Source: an uncultured Bacillota bacterium
GTDB taxonomy: Bacteria > Bacillota > DTU025 > MWDF01
Length of the DNA stretch: 64,000 nucleotides
Assembly: GCA_963823655.1 (NCBI GenBank)
Contig: CAWGMK010000013.1
Span: forward strand, 416,001-480,000
Direction: 5' to 3'
In this document: positions 43,847-54,082 of the stretch, one piece after another
Position numbering within the stretch: the stretch's first letter is position 1
Layout of the letters: the number at the start of each line of letters is the position of its first letter
Program-made: the position numbers and the translations under genes
Notes under the pieces: generated by a model
Seen by the model: only the letters and a program-made list of their open reading frames with translations
Databases searched by the model: none
Told to the model about the DNA's origin: nothing

Positions 43847-44563
43847 GCTTTCGGTGCTGATAAAGGGCGAATTCGACAGGCTTAGCAAATATAACCTTTT
43901 CACGGCCAGTTTCGTGGCCTCGGCCATGTATGTCGTGATGGCCTGGTTGATGAGCGCCGAGCAGCTGACGGGATTCCTGCCTTTCATATTCATCACCGAC
44001 AGCACGATGATGACAATAGTGCTAGTAGGAGCCACACTGTTCTATGAGAAGAAGGAGCATACGATCAACTCCATAATGGTGACTCCGGCGACCTACGATG
44101 AATATCTTATCGCCAAAGTCGTGGTAAACGTCGCCAACTCGATGTTCACCGTGGCGTTCGTTTCAATCGCAGTCTTCCTTCTCAAGGATCTCAGCTACAA
44201 TTACCTTCATATAGTCTTCGCAACGATACTTGTAACGGTCCTTCATACATTCATAGGCATAAGGATCGCCTACACGGCAAAGAATTTCGCTTCGATGCTC
44301 ATAAGCTTCATGTCCTATATGCTGGTGTTCATGATGCCAAGCATCCTGGCGATCACAGGGATAATCGGCGAGGATGTCGCGCAAATGCTGGTAATACTAC
44401 CGATAAATCCTCTCTTAACCTGGTCAAGGCGGGCTTTGCCCAGGTGCCGATATGGAAGATAGTCTTCGGGTATTGCTACCTGGCTGTAATCTCCGTAGTT
44501 TTCTACAGGTATGCGGTTAGGCCCCGCTTCGCCGAGTACATGATGCGGGAAATGGGGGTGTAA
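43839..44563 (+). CDS. ABC-2 permease 1 (indel near 44420)
   Basis: Multi-TM; EKKEHTINSIMVTP..EYLIAK resembles fluoroquinolone-exporter-type permeases. Confidence 0.75.
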
Positions 44564-44565
44564 GC

Positions 44566-45290
44566 ATGTTCTGGACGATGGCAAGGCACGAAACTAAGAA
44601 CCTGCTTCGAGACAAGATGACGCTTTTCATGGCCTCTTATCCTATAGCAATCGGCCTCGCCCTGAGATATCTCGCAGCGGAGCAGATCGTCGCAGGCCAG
44701 GCGCTAAATGTAAGTGCGGTCCTCCTCACCCTGATGACGGGCTTCTCCTTCGGCGCGGTCGCGGGCATGTCGCTACTCGACGACAGGGATGACCTCGTCC
44801 TCTATTCCATACAGATTTCCCCGGTGCCTGTATGGAAGTTCATCTGGCTGAAAATCGCCTTCGTATATGTCCTGGCCTTAATCGGCGGCATGCTGATAAT
44901 CTGGGTGTCTGGAGCTCTTGATTTGAGCTTCACGGAGAATCTGCTGATATCGCGCTTTCTGCCATGCAGGTCCCCTTCCTCGCTTTCCTCATCAATGCCT
45001 TCGCAAAGAACAAGGTGGAGGGCTTCGTGGCGATGAAAGGAAGCGGCTTCCTGCTGGTATTCCCCGTCGCCGGCTTCTTCTTCCTGGACATCAAGGAGTG
45101 GCTGTTCGCAATCGCCCCTGGGCACTGGGCGGCAAAGGCGGTACAATACCTGCTTTTAAGGCCGGCCATCGACGCAGGCCTTACCAATATGAACCTGACC
45201 TTCTTCTCATATCTGGCAATAGGCTTCGTCTATAACGCGCTTTTCGCAGCTTTCGCTTATTCGCTTTTCAAAAAGAGGAATGCATTCTAA
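44566..45290 (+). CDS. ABC-2 permease 2 (indel near 44955)
   Basis: LLDDRDD..ISP, FAKNKVEGFVAMK. Confidence 0.75.
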
Positions 45291-45302
45291 GGAGGAAGAA
45301 AA

Positions 45303-45497
45303 ATGTCGACCGCATCTTTGATCCTTTTCCTGCTGGGGGCCTTCTATGCTGCAGGGCTAATATTCAGGTTCCCATTCTTCTATGAGAGCAATCCGAAGAC
45401 GCGCTTCATTATCCAGAAGATCGGGATGGGCCCCTATAAGATCCTGCTTGGAGTAATCGCGGCAGCTTGCATAATTGCCGCAATAGTGCTCAAGTAG
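45303..45497 (+). CDS. Small two-TM membrane protein
   Basis: 64 aa, AAGGAGG SD, two hydrophobic helices. Confidence 0.7.
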   Translation: MSTASLILFLLGAFYAAGLIFRFPFFYESNPKTRFIIQKIGMGPYKILLGVIAAACIIAAIVLK

Positions 45498-45541
45498 CCG
45501 ATACGGCCCTTAGCAAAGCCAAGAAAAGGGTGTAAATCCAC

Positions 45542-46000
45542 TTGAAGCTTGAGTTCGATGCAAAGCTACTAAGGCATGAAGGCCTGGACGCGGCATACAT
45601 TGAGCCGCCATTCGACGTCGAGAAGGAGTTCGGCTCCAAAAGGGTGAAGGTAAGGGCCTTCTTTGACGGTTTCGAGTACAGGGGCTCTATAGTGCGCATG
45701 GACGGATGTTTCATGCTCGGGGTAACAAAGCAGGTGCGCTCGGCAATCGGGAAGGGCTTCGGCGACATAGTACACGTAGTTGTGGAAAAGGATGAGCTCG
45801 AACGCGTGGTTGATGTACCTGAGGAGCTGTCGAACCTGCTAAAAGCGAATGCAGAAGCCGACAAGAAATTCTCAGGCATGTCCTACAGCCACAGGAAGGA
45901 TTACTCCTTGTGGGTTGCGGGAGGTGCTAAGCCTGAAACAAGGCAATCGCGGGCAGGCAAGGCAATAGGGCTCATCATCCAGGGTAAGCCTTTGAAATGA
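45542..46000 (+). CDS. DUF1905 + OmdA/YdeI-like protein
   Basis: AYIEPPFDV..FG..RVKV..FDG.EYRGS; MSYSHRKDY..AKPETRQSR. Confidence 0.82.
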   Translation: MKLEFDAKLLRHEGLDAAYIEPPFDVEKEFGSKRVKVRAFFDGFEYRGSIVRMDGCFMLGVTKQVRSAIGKGFGDIVHVVVEKDELERVVDVPEELSNLLKANAEADKKFSGMSYSHRKDYSLWVAGGAKPETRQSRAGKAIGLIIQGKPLK

Positions 46001-46021
46001 CAGGAACCAGTATCCGTTTTG

Positions 46022-46047
46022 GGGCCGTCCTTCAGGATGGCCCTTTT
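46022..46047 (+). terminator. Intrinsic terminator
   Basis: GGGCCGTCC-ttca-GGATGGCCC-TTTT. Confidence 0.75.
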
Positions 46048-46229
46048 CGTAATATTCCTCCATTTTTTCCTTAGAAGATTTGATTAGAAGGACACAAATC
46101 CTTATAATCTTGAGTTGGCTGTGCTGAACGGATTGACGATCGCCAAGCCTTTCGGCAAACGAGCGGACATTCGCTGAGTCTTCAGTAATTATCTTCGAGT
46201 GTTGGCATAATGGGAGGAAACATCACCAT

Positions 46230-46602
46230 ATGAAATTCACCAAGACGAAGAAAGTGCTCTTGATCGTCCTAATTGTCATCGTAGTGGCCATTGTAGCAAT
46301 TAAGAACATGAAAGTGCCCGAAGTCAACCTGGCTGTAATCGATTTCTCCGCATTGGCTGATGGGACCTACCCCGGCACCTATGTCTTGGGCCCGGTTAAA
46401 GCATCAGTAGAAGTAGATGTCCTGGGCGGCATCGTAACTCAGATACGCATGACTGAGCACAGGAGGGCAAGGACAGTCCGCGGTCGCTATCCTGGATTCC
46501 GTCATAGCCTCTCAATCACTGCAAGTCGATATCATCACCGGCGCCACCTGGAGCAGCAACACGATACTTAAGGCAATAGAGGATGCGCTGAAAAACAAGT
46601 AA
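46230..46602 (+). CDS. Exported FMN-binding domain protein (indel near 46460)
   Basis: N-terminal TM, LADGTYPG; the shifted frame gives QSLQVDIITGATWSSNTILKAIEDAL (flavinylation motif DxxxGAT). Confidence 0.8.
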
Positions 46603-46614
46603 GAAGGAAGCGAA

Positions 46615-47605
46615 ATGAGCCATTCTCCAAATGCCATAACTCCAATATCAGGCATCCCTGAGGCTCTGCAAAAAAGGCTGGCCGCCAGATTCCCGGGGCT
46701 TGCCCTGATCGACAGGCTTGATGAAGGTTGGTCAGCCGATGAGAAATTCCGGCTTCAAGGCAGGCAGAGACAGGATATTCCTGTTAAGGACATCCAAATC
46801 GGTAAGCGAAGGAAGGCGGCTCGCTCAGGCTGATGCCATGGGAAATGCCCTGAAAGCTGGCATCACTGCCCCTCTCCCGATTGAAACAGGCTTATTTGAA
46901 GACGGCTCTTCCTACATACTCCAAACCTGGCTGGATGGGACGAGCCTGGAAAAAGCACTTTCCCATTTTGATATGAAAAAGCAATACGAGCTTGGCCTTT
47001 CGGCAGGAAGCCTGCTTAAGTCCCTTCACGATATCTCTTCTGTCTCCCTTTCCCGGGCGACGTATCCCGACAGGTTGAAGAAGACCTTCAGGAAACTCCC
47101 CTGCATATAAGTCCTCGGGGATTAGGGTAGCCGGAGAAGATTTGGCGCTTCAGCTGCTGAAAGATCGCCTTCCTCTGCTTGATGGAAGGCCCCTGTGCCT
47201 TCAGCACGGCGATTTCCATCCCGGGAACATGCTGGTTATGGCCCACGGAGGGCTTGGCATCATAGACTTCGACCGCTGTGACTACTCAGACCCCTATGAG
47301 GAGTTCTACAAAGCTGAGCTGTTCCGCGCCCTTTAAGCGCAGCCTTCGCAAACGGCGAGCTTCACGCCTATTTCAATGGAGACCCGCCTTCCGATTTCTG
47401 GAACGTACTGTCGGTCTACCTGGCGGGCGTGATGCTTTACTCCCCAGTCTGGGCAATACCTTTCGGCAAAGCCCAAATCGACTACATGTGCTCGCTCTCG
47501 GAATTGGTGCTTAAGGATTTCGATGGCTTCAAATCATCGTTGCCCCTCTGGTATATCCCTTTCAATAACGTGGACAGCCTCATTGCGCCTCATCCTAATG
47601 GCTGA
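46615..47605 (+). CDS. Aminoglycoside phosphotransferase/choline kinase-like (several indels)
   Basis: EGWSADEKF, QHGDFHPGNM, GIIDFDR..DPYEEF spread over four ORF pieces. Confidence 0.72.
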
Positions 47606-47681
47606 GGAAAACTATCGAGGCAACCCATGAAGGATTCGACTAGTGCTAGCCAGTGAAGGCTTTTTTGTTCAGGAGGTTTTG

Positions 47682-48186
47682 ATGAACACCCTAATCGTTT
47701 ACACGACGAAGTACGGCGCGACGGCCGAATGCGCAGCGAAACTAAAGAAGCTGCTGCACGGAGGCGTGGTCCTTGCTGACCTCAAGGGGGGCAAAGCCCC
47801 TGACCTCTCTAAATTCGACCGCGTCATTGTTGGCGGGCCCGCATACGTGGGAAGAGTCGGCAAAGAGGTCCTGGCTTTCTGCAACACCAACATGCAAGCA
47901 TTTGTTGTCGAAGCAAATCGGCCTATTCATATGCAACATCCAAAAGGACGGCTTGGCTGAGCTTGAGGCTGCATTTCCTAAGGAGATTGCATCTGCGGCG
48001 AAAGCGAAAGCTGCATTTGGAGGCCGACTCGAATTCAACAGGCTCACCCTTCCCGATCGGCTGGTCACGAAGATGATCGGAAAGGTGGATAAGACCATGC
48101 CCACGATGTCCAAAGGCGTTGTATACTCCACAATTTCGGACGAGGCTATCTCCCTATTCGCGAAGGAAATGGAACGGTCAGAGTAA
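47682..48186 (+). CDS. Flavodoxin-domain protein (HemG-like; indel near 47900)
   Basis: LIVYTTKYGATAECA, VIVGGPAYVG, AFGG. Confidence 0.8.
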
Positions 48187-48202
48187 TTACTGATGGAGGG
48201 CG

Positions 48203-49242
48203 ATGCGAATGATAAAACCGAGGAAGCTGCTGCCTGGTGACAAGGTCGCAACCGTAAGCCCGTCCAGCGGCAGCGCGGGTGAACCTGCATTCAGATGGCG
48301 CTATGAAATAGGAGTGCGCAGGCTAAAAGAGCTGTTCGGCTTCGACGTGGTCGCAATGCCCAATTCCCTCAAGGGCATAGAATACAACTCCAAGCATCGG
48401 AGGGCAGGGCTGAGGATCTCTTGGCCGCCTTCAGCGATAAATCGATAAAGGCGATCATCTGCAACATCGGAGGAGACGACAGCATCAGGCTGCTGTCCTT
48501 CCTGGATCAAGAGGTCATACGCACTAATCCAAAAGTGCTGACCGGCTTCTCTGACACGACAAGCGTACATATGATCTGTTACGGCTCCGGCCTCTCGACT
48601 TTTTACGGGCCGGCCCTGCTCACGGACTTCGCCGAGAACTGCGGCGTTTTCGGCTATATGGCTGACTATTTCAAGCGCGCCACATTCGAAACAGGCCCCA
48701 TCGGCCCGGTTTCAGCCCCAGGCTATTGGACCAGCGAGTTTCTCGACTGGAACGACAGGGAGCTGAACAGGTCCCCGCGGCGTACAAAGCGTTCTGGTGG
48801 CTTCGGACATCTATGTGGAGAAGGAGTTGTTGAGGGAAAGCTTCGTGGCGGCTGCCTCTCGGTGCTTGACCGGATAGCCGATACTTCTGCCTTCCCCGCC
48901 CCTGAGCATTGGAAAAGGGCAATCGTTTTCCTTGAGACGCCCGAGACAACACCTGCCCCTGAGCTTTTCGAAGCCCAGATGATGACTATGCTGCGAAAAG
49001 GCGTCCTTCAGGAAGCGGCGGGCCTGGTCTTCGCAAGGCCGTATGGGAACATGTACAACGATGAATACAAGGCCATATTAAGAAAGCTGATCTGCGATGA
49101 GCTGGGGCTTGGGCATTTACCAGTGTTGACGGACTTGCCTTTCGGCCACACCTCGCCCATCATCACGCTTCCCATCGGGGCCGATGCCCGCATAGATGCC
49201 GATTTGCGCGCCTTTTCGATACTTGAATCCGGTGTCGTCTAG
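48203..49242 (+). CDS. S66 peptidase (LdcA/MccF family; indel near 48400)
   Basis: IKPRKLLPGDKVATVSPS, IGGDDS, GFSDTT (Ser), LETPE (Glu), FGHTSP (His). Confidence 0.88.
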
Positions 49243-49320
49243 CTTGCTACGTATGAAGGATTTTCAACCCGAAAACATCCAAGGATGTATAATTTCGTTG
49301 ATGGCTAAATGGAGTGTGAA

Positions 49321-49946
49321 ATGAAAGAAAAAGTCGAATCCCCGATATATTCGCAGATTGCCCTGGACATTGCCTTCAGGATATCCAAAGGAATAGATCA
49401 AGGAGGGCGCAAATCTCAGCGGCAGGTCGGTGCTCGCAAGCGAGTACAAGCTATCCCCAGACCGTAAGAAGGTCTATGAGGATACTTGAAGACATGCAGA
49501 TCGTGAAAGTGCACGCCAATATCGGGGCCGAGGTAATCTCAAGGGCAGCTGCTGCGCTTTTCATAGAGCACTACAATGTCGGCAACGATATGCGCTCCCA
49601 CAGGAATGAGATATCGTCGCTGATAAAAAGCCGTGAGGAGCTGGACGTAAAGCTGCTGTCTCTCATCGGCAAGGTGTACGACCTGAGCGAAAGGCTGAGG
49701 AACATCAGCCCGGTACATGCGGTCGAACTCGAGATCCCGGAAGGATCCCCCATAATCGGCAAAACGGTCACCGGACCTGAAATTCTGGCAGAGGACCGGG
49801 GCGACCATAGTCGGCATAAAGCGGCAGGGCAAGATAATAATCTCACCAGGGCCCTATGCATCATTCATACCTTCAGACATAGTGCTGGTTATCGGCGACA
49901 AGGATGCGCCCGAAAGGGTATCGAGAAGCTGATAGCGGAGGGTTAA
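49321..49946 (+). CDS. GntR-wHTH + RCK_C (TrkA_C) regulator, BusR-like (several indels)
   Basis: Reconstructed PIYSQIALDIA..LSGRSVLASEY.LSP.TVRRSMRIL; C-terminal SPIIGKT..LKFWQ.TGATIVGIKR..ISPGP. Confidence 0.72.
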
Positions 49947-49976
49947 TTGGGCGATGCGCTCGCTAATGTAAGTATG

Positions 49977-50031
49977 ATGGCGCCCGGCGAAAGACCCGGA
50001 AGCGATTCCGCCCGGCGCCATTTTGATTTTT
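49977..50031. terminator. Hairpin between convergent genes
   Basis: ATGGCGCC...GGCGCCAT stem followed by TTTGATTTTT. Confidence 0.45.
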
Positions 50032-50048
50032 GGCGCTGGTGATCCTGC

Positions 50049-50377
50049 TCACTTGCCGATAAATGCCTTCGGATGTTGGTGCCTTCACTACGAAAAGCTC
50101 AAGTACGGGCTCATGCTCGTTACGAACGAACATCTTTGTGCCAAACGGAATGTTCAAAATGCTGCCCGCCTCATAAACGTGGGTGTCCTGCTCTGCAAGG
50201 CTTATTGACAGAGTGCCCCTTGCCACTATCATCTGCACATGGGAGTTCGCTTCGTGCACCGGCAGCGCTTCTGTCTTGTTCAGCACCATGTGGTTTATCG
50301 CGCAGTGCTCATCATCGACGATTTTCTCGATGGTCTTCGCGTCGGTTACAGAGAATTCGATATATCTTCTCTATCAT
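50049..50377 (-). CDS. Cupin-domain protein (two indels)
   Basis: Reconstructed MIEKIYEFSVTDAKTIEKIVDD..INHMVL..LPVHEANSHV..LELFVVKAP.PKAFIGK. Confidence 0.75.
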
Positions 50378-50437
50378 ATTTACTCCCCCTCATGTTCTCT
50401 CTTGGCTTAGATTCTGATCAGAATGTACATAGGATAG

Positions 50438-50455
50438 CAGTAATATTTATTACCG
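50438..50455. promoter_or_regulatory. Putative Crp/Fnr (HcpR-like) site
   Basis: caGTAATatttATTACcg (GTA-N8-TAC) between the divergent cupin and Crp genes; a second perfect palindrome ATTCTGATCAGAAT lies at 50411-50424. Confidence 0.45.
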
Positions 50456-50465
50456 GAGGATAACT

Positions 50466-51161
50466 ATGAAAATCGATCCCGTTATGCTAGACTCCGGCCT
50501 TTTTAATGGAATACCCGAAGATGAGCTCGTCTCCCTCCTCGGCTGCCTCGAGTGCCGCCGGATAGACTTTTCAAGAGGGGACATCATAGCCTACTCAGGC
50601 CAGCTGCAGAAATACATCGGCCTGGTGCTTGAAGGAAGCGCCTCCTTGGCGAAGGAGAATCTGCAGGCCCAGCGCATGTTGATCTCAGTGCAGGGGCCAG
50701 GGGATTCCTTCGGCGAGATGAACGCCTATTCCGGAAGCAAAATATGGCCGGTGACCGTTATGGCGGAGAGCAAGGGAAGCCTTCTTGCAATACCGCTCGA
50801 TCGGATCAATTCCAGCTGCGACAAGCGCTGTTTCGGGCACTGGTCGCTAATAGTGAACCTGCTGAGGCTTGTTTCAAAGAAGGCACTGACGCTAAGCCTT
50901 GCGATAGATTACATCGGAATCAAGGGTATCAGAAGGAAGCTGGCCATCATGATCCTCCAGGAGGCAGACAAGGCAGGCTCCCTTTCCTTCAGGTCCGAAA
51001 TGAACAGGGGCCAGATGGCCGACTACTTCTTTGTAACAAGGCCCGCACTCAGCCATGAGCTTTGCCTTCTGAGGGATGACGGCGCCATCGAATTCCAAGG
51101 AAGGGAATTTCGTATACTGAACCATTCCCTTCTGAAACGAATAGCCGAAAAAGACGTTTAA
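50466..51161 (+). CDS. Crp/Fnr-family regulator (HcpR-like)
   Basis: cNMP domain (GDSFGE), CDKRC..H, HTH NRGQMADYFFVTRPALSHEL. Confidence 0.88.
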   Translation: MKIDPVMLDSGLFNGIPEDELVSLLGCLECRRIDFSRGDIIAYSGQLQKYIGLVLEGSASLAKENLQAQRMLISVQGPGDSFGEMNAYSGSKIWPVTVMAESKGSLLAIPLDRINSSCDKRCFGHWSLIVNLLRLVSKKALTLSLAIDYIGIKGIRRKLAIMILQEADKAGSLSFRSEMNRGQMADYFFVTRPALSHELCLLRDDGAIEFQGREFRILNHSLLKRIAEKDV

Positions 51162-51181
51162 CATTGTAAAGGCTTACAATG
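51162..51181. promoter_or_regulatory. Palindrome upstream of the epimerase gene
   Basis: CATTGTAA-aggc-TTACAATG; resembles a LacI/cre-type site and contains TACAAT. Confidence 0.4.
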
Positions 51182-51196
51182 CTCGGAGGTTTTCCC

Positions 51197-52182
51197 ATGG
51201 TCGTCATAACCGGAGCTACTGGTCATATTGGTAATGCGCTGGTGCGCGAGCTTGCCTCCGACGGAGTAGATATCAGGGCGCTGGTGCTTCCCGGTGAGAC
51301 GACAAAATCGATCGATGGGCTAGGAGTCGAATATTTCAAGGGCGACGTACGCGATTACCGGTCGCTCATCAGGGCTTTCAAGGGGGCTGAGGCTGTCTAT
51401 CACCTGGCCGGGCATAGTATCGATCGGTTCAGGCAAGAAGAAGCTGTTAAGGGACGTAAACGTGCAGGGGCACCATGAATGTCTGCGACGCATGCCGCGA
51501 CCTTGGAATACCCAGGCTTATATATGTCAGCTCCATCCACGCTTTCAAGGAGCCCCCAAGAGGCACCCTTATTTCTGAGACCAAAGACTTCGACCCAAAG
51601 CATGTGGGGGGCAACTACGCGAAATCCAAGGCTGAGGCAACTCGCTATGTGCTCAAGTGCGCAACAGAAGGGCTGAATGCGGTTATTGTGCACCCTACCG
51701 GGGTCATCGGCCCCTATGAGTATAAGCTTTCCAATATGGGGCAGCTCTTCGTGGATTTCATGCGGAGCAGGCTTTATGCGATAATCGATGGCGCCTATGA
51801 TTTCGTCGATGTAAGAGACGTCGCCAAAGGAATTGCTCTTGCCGCAAAATTCGGCCGAAAAGGCGAGAACTACATCCTCTCAGGTGAGCAGATAAGCGTG
51901 AAGAGCATGATGGAAGTACTGTCCGGAGAGACCGGAATAAAGGCGCCGACAAGGATAATACCCTGCTGGCTTGCACAGTTCACCGGTTTCTTCGCGGAAA
52001 TCTACTACAAGGCCCGCAAGCAGCAACCCTTGTTTACCTCATATTCCGTCTCGACCCTGTCCAGCAATTCGATGACTAGCTCAGGCAAAGCTCTGAAGGA
52101 ATTCGGCTACAAATCGAGGCCGCTGAGAGAGACGATCAAGGATACTGTCACCTGGCTAAAGGAGCATACTATTAAAAAGTAG
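51197..52182 (+). CDS. NAD-dependent epimerase/dehydratase (DFR/HpnA-like; two indels near 51410 and 51470)
   Basis: TGATGHIG, YHLAG, YVSSIHA, YAKSK, VDVRDVA. Confidence 0.88.
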
Positions 52183-52202
52183 CGGCAAACATCGCCAAAG
52201 GT

Positions 52203-52261
52203 TCAGGTTATCACCCGCCATAGGTTATAATTCCTATGGCGGGTTTAGTTTTTTAGCCTGA
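52203..52261 (+). terminator. Long stem-loop/terminator with TATAAT in the loop
   Basis: ACCCGCCATAGG-ttataatt-CCTATGGCGGGT, then TTAGTTTTTT; outer stem TCAGGTTA/TAGCCTGA. Confidence 0.7.
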
Positions 52262-52279
52262 TCCTGGAGGTAGATAGTT

Positions 52280-53996
52280 ATGCAAGCCGAGAATTTCTTC
52301 CTGCTTTTCGGAGGTTTGGCGCTTTTCATATACGGCATGATGCAGATGGGCGAAGCCCTGGACAGAAGACAGCTGGCGAGAACATGCGAAGGATACTGCA
52401 GCTTCTTACCTCAAATCCCCTTCTCGGCGTGCTTGTCGGCGCCTTGGTTACGATGATAATCCAAAGCTCAAGCGCCACAACTGTAATGGTAATAGGCTTT
52501 GTCAGCGCGGGCTTGATGACGCTTAGGCAATCTGTTGGGGTCATCATGGGTGCAAATATAGGCACCACGATAACCGCCTGGCTGGTGGCAATCAAAATCG
52601 GCGATTACGCCTGGTTGTTCGCAGCCGTCGGTTTCCTCTTGATGTTCGTCGGCAAGAAGGCCAAGGTCCGTTACATCGGCCAGCTGATATTCTCATTCGG
52701 CGTCCTCTTCATTGGCTTGAATACCATGGGCGCGTCTATGAAACCCCTTGTTAAGAACGAATTTTTCCTGAGCCTGATGGAGAAATCGGCCAACTACCCG
52801 ATACTCGGCCTTCTGATGGGGACCTTTTTCACTACTCTAATCCAAAGTTCAAGCGCATCCATCGGTGTGCTTCAAACTCTTGCCAGCGCCACCGATAGCA
52901 CCGCCTCTCCTGCCGTGATTAGTATCATGCAGGCCTTCCCCCTTCTTATCGGAGCTAACATCGGGACAACGATCACCGCTTTCCTCGCTTCGATTGGAGC
53001 CAGGAAAGAGGCCCGACGGGCCGCTTTAACGCATACCGTATTCAACCTTGTAGGGGGCGGCAGTTTTCATGCCGCTATTCTATCTTGCGGCGAGGGCCGG
53101 GCTTCAAAACTGGCTTTCTAGACTTCTTAGGAGTGGATGTAGCGACCGCGGGGGGTATAAGAAGCGGAATAGCCGCTATGCACTCGATTTTCAACATTTC
53201 GAATACCCTCTTGCTGCTGCCTTTCATCTGGCTTCTGTGCAAGCTTGTGACTCTGGTAGTCCCCGGCAAGGATACTTACGAACAGCGTACCACGCTCTAT
53301 CTTGATTACAAGGTAATCGGCACATCGTACGTCGCCCTAGACTTGGCCACCAAGGAATTGGCCAGGATGGCCGAGTATTCAAGGCAGATGTCCCTTGATG
53401 CCAAGAAGGCTTTGATTAACCTGGATAATCAGGCGATGAAGAGAATCCTGGAAATCGAGGATATCGTGGACCTGCTAGACAAGGAAATCGTGAAGTATAT
53501 GTCCACCATGATGTCCAGAAAGATCATGACCGACCATGACTCGCTAAGGGTAGCGGGCCTTATGCACGTCACAAGCGACATCGAGCGGATAGGCGATCAC
53601 TGCACCAATATCGGTGAGCTGGCCCTTGAGGTGTCCGAGGATGGCATCAAGTTCTCCGACCAGGCGGTTGCAGAGCTTAATACAGGCTTTGACAAGGTAC
53701 TTTCCATAGTGGACCAAAGCATATCCTCATTGAGGAATAACGATATCGACCTAGCAATCAAGGTGATTATGGCAGAAGCCGACCTTGACGATATGGAGGC
53801 GGCGATGAGGACCAGCCATCTGAAGAGGCTCAATGATGGCCTGTGCAATCCCAAGAGCGCCGTAATTTTCCTTGATGTAATGCACAACATGGAGAGAATC
53901 GGCGACCACTGCAAGAACATAGCCGAGGTGGTCATAAGCGACAATAACCTGGACGTTGAGAAGCTTGAAAGGGACATTGCTATAAAGCAGCCCTGA
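52280..53996 (+). CDS. Na/Pi cotransporter with PhoU-like C-terminus (indels near 52360 and 53060)
   Basis: GGLALFIYGM, two QSSSA motifs, two GANIGTT motifs, two ERIGDH motifs. Confidence 0.9.
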
Positions 53997-54023
53997 GCAT
54001 AGAATATTATTGTAGGCACATAG

Positions 54024-54053
54024 AAGGGAGGCGGGCTTACCGACCTCCCTTTT
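54024..54053 (+). terminator. Intrinsic terminator
   Basis: AAGGGAGG-CGG..CCG-a-CCTCCCTT-TT. Confidence 0.7.
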
Positions 54054-54082
54054 AAATGTGTCGCTTGCTGGGGGTAATTTCC

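Noticed and set aside
46140-46190. c-di-GMP-I riboswitch (GGCAAAC...)
   Set aside because: Lacks the GAAA tetraloop and the GACGCAAA and receptor stem elements.
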